Assembly (NCBI GenBank): GCA_022705545.1
Contig: JAKJEG010000001.1
Span: forward strand, 1-24,620
Source of the DNA: Patescibacteria group bacterium
Lineage (GTDB): Bacteria; Patescibacteriota; Minisyncoccia; UBA6257
Direction: 5' to 3'
DNA: 24,620 nt
In this document: positions 23,323 through 24,620 of the stretch, in pieces
Position numbering within the stretch: position 1 is the first letter of the stretch
How the letters are laid out: each line of letters begins with the position of its first letter
Translations under genes and position numbers: made by a program
The notes under the pieces: generated by a model
Told to the model about the DNA's origin: nothing
Database searches by the model: none
Seen by the model: the letters and a program-made list of their open reading frames with translations, nothing else

Positions 23323-24620
23323 CTATTTCTTTAAGAACGCCTTTCTTGTTTTGCTAAGATGATAATCTCTTATTTTTGTTTCCAAATTAGCAAAAGCCAG
23401 TTTCCCCTTCGGGTTAAATTTCAGATAATACCAGAGACCAAGAGTCAAAGAAGAACTAGCTAATAAAGAGTAAAACAAACTATTATTCATTCCTGTTTTA
23501 ATGGTAGAAGCGTCAATAACCTTTGGATAAATAGTAATAGTCATTGAATCGCTTCTAGAATTAATTTCTAACCCTTGAATGTTAATGTTGTTAGTGAAAG
23601 TACCATAACCATTGTTAACTGAAACCTGAAAAGTAATCACTTTTGTTTCGCCAGCATTAAGACTAGGCAAATAGATTCCATTTTGGGTTATTCCATCTGG
23701 TTGGATGAGACCATTAATTTTTGTTGATCCATTCAGATAGCTGAAAACAGCTGGTAAGGTGTCTTTAACAAGAACGTTGGTTAAATTTCGAGAAGAAGGA
23801 TTAGTGATGGTTATGTAAAACTCTATTATTTCAGAAGGATTAGCAGAAATATTTTCTGAGTAAACTCTTTCTCCCCGGGAAAGATTTCTCCCTGTTTTGT
23901 TGATTGATAAATCTATTAGACTTGTAGGAATGGGTGAATTAACGTGAAGAATTAAATTTTGCGTGACTACTCCTCGTGGGCCAGAGCAAGTTAAGGAATA
24001 CTCAGTATCGTTTAAAGGAGTCACTAACTCTGAGCCGGCGATGCTTTTCCCGCCAGACCAGCCAAGAGTAGCATAGCAGTAATCAACCCGGCTTGCTGAC
24101 CAATGAAGATAAGTTGCTTCTCCCTGATTTAAATAATATTTGTCAGCCCAAAAGCTTAAAGCAGGTGGTTCAGTTGGATAAACAGGGTAAACAGGATAAA
24201 CTGGATAAACTGGACAATTAGGGCAAGTCGGCATAGTAGTCGTAGTAGTTGTAGTAGTGGTAGTAGCCGGTTTAGTTGTAGTAGTGGTAGCGGGTGGTTT
24301 AGTAGTATCTGTGGTTGGGTAAATAGGATAAGAGGTTGGATGAGGAGTACAACCCGTGGATGGACAGGTAGTAACAGTAGTAGGAGTATAAATAGGATAA
24401 GAGGTTGGATGAGGAGTACAAGAAGATGAAGTACAAGAAGAATGAGTAGTTGGATTACTGGTATTTGTGTGAGAACTAGAAGAAGGAACAGAAGAATGGG
24501 GCTCTGAGGTTGTTCCTGCGGAGTAAATAGGATAAGAAGTACTGTGAGAAGTGCAATGGCCAGAGGAGCAAGAAACAGCAAAAGTAGGGCTGGTTAAAGC
24601 CATTAAGCTAAGAGAAATAA
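23323..24620 (-). CDS. Surface protein: Thr/Ser/Pro-rich repeat stalk, Ig-like domain, DUF11-like domain, C-terminal TM (5' truncated)
   Basis: Frame stays open to the window edge (ISLSLMALTSPTFA, signal-peptide-like); DLSINKTG...IEFYITITN.....TNVLVKDTLP..FSYLNGST (DUF11); IKTG plus hydrophobic segment plus basic tail. Confidence 0.8.
   Translation of the reverse strand, partial: ISLSLMALTSPTFAVSCSSGHCTSHSTSYPIYSAGTTSEPHSSVPSSSSHTNTSNPTTHSSCTSSSCTPHPTSYPIYTPTTVTTCPSTGCTPHPTSYPIYPTTDTTKPPATTTTTKPATTTTTTTTTTMPTCPNCPVYPVYPVYPVYPTEPPALSFWADKYYLNQGEATYLHWSASRVDYCYATLGWSGGKSIAGSELVTPLNDTEYSLTCSGPRGVVTQNLILHVNSPIPTSLIDLSINKTGRNLSRGERVYSENISANPSEIIEFYITITNPSSRNLTNVLVKDTLPAVFSYLNGSTKINGLIQPDGITQNGIYLPSLNAGETKVITFQVSVNNGYGTFTNNINIQGLEINSRSDSMTITIYPKVIDASTIKTGMNNSLFYSLLASSSLTLGLWYYLKFNPKGKLAFANLETKIRDYHLSKTRKAFLKK
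24320..24556. repeat. Intragenic 33-bp repeats (two perfect, one diverged) encoding C(T)xHxTSYPIY
   Basis: TAAATAGGATAAGAGGTTGGATGAGGAGTACAA at 24320-24352 and 24389-24421; diverged copy at 24524-24556. Confidence 0.9.

Noticed and set aside
24320-24421. CRISPR-like 33-bp repeat with 36-bp spacer
   Set aside because: Only two exact copies, period 69 bp (23 codons) in frame within a protein, not palindromic, and no cas genes.
24156-24581. 141-aa Leu-rich alternate-frame ORF
   Set aside because: By-product of the Thr/Ser/Pro repeat codons of the surface protein.

Overview
AT-rich bacterial chromosome segment spanning the replication origin. Gene content and protein styles point to a Patescibacteria/CPR (Parcubacteria-like) genome using genetic code 11; this assignment is an inference. 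Left part: 3' end of ruvC, a class A PBP, then dnaA-dnaN-dciA-like on the minus strand, with DnaA-box clusters on both sides of dnaA (probable bipartite oriC) and divergent rpmH-rnpA-yidC-jag. Middle (7.75-15.95 kb, minus strand): a compact T4SS-like operon: VirB6-like with a Cys-rich N-terminus, a disordered protein, PrgI/VirB3, a VirB4 apparently split into 223 + 600 aa, and a VirB2-like pilin fused to a probable M15-type Zn peptidase domain. No VirD4, VirB11, relaxase or integrase is visible. Next is an rsmA / LysM-M23 / comM block bracketed by ~42-50 bp imperfect inverted repeats, one extended into a perfect 18-bp GAA-triloop hairpin. Right part: dksA/traR-like, tRNA-Gly(GCC), two hypotheticals, clpP, divergent tRNA-Arg(TCT) and tRNA-His(GTG), and a 5'-truncated mucin-like DUF11 surface protein. 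Nine sigma70-like promoters with exact 17-bp spacers can be read. The best leads are the pilin-peptidase fusion, the minimal T4SS next to comM, and the repeat-bracketed cassette. All functional calls come from motif recognition by eye; no searches were run.
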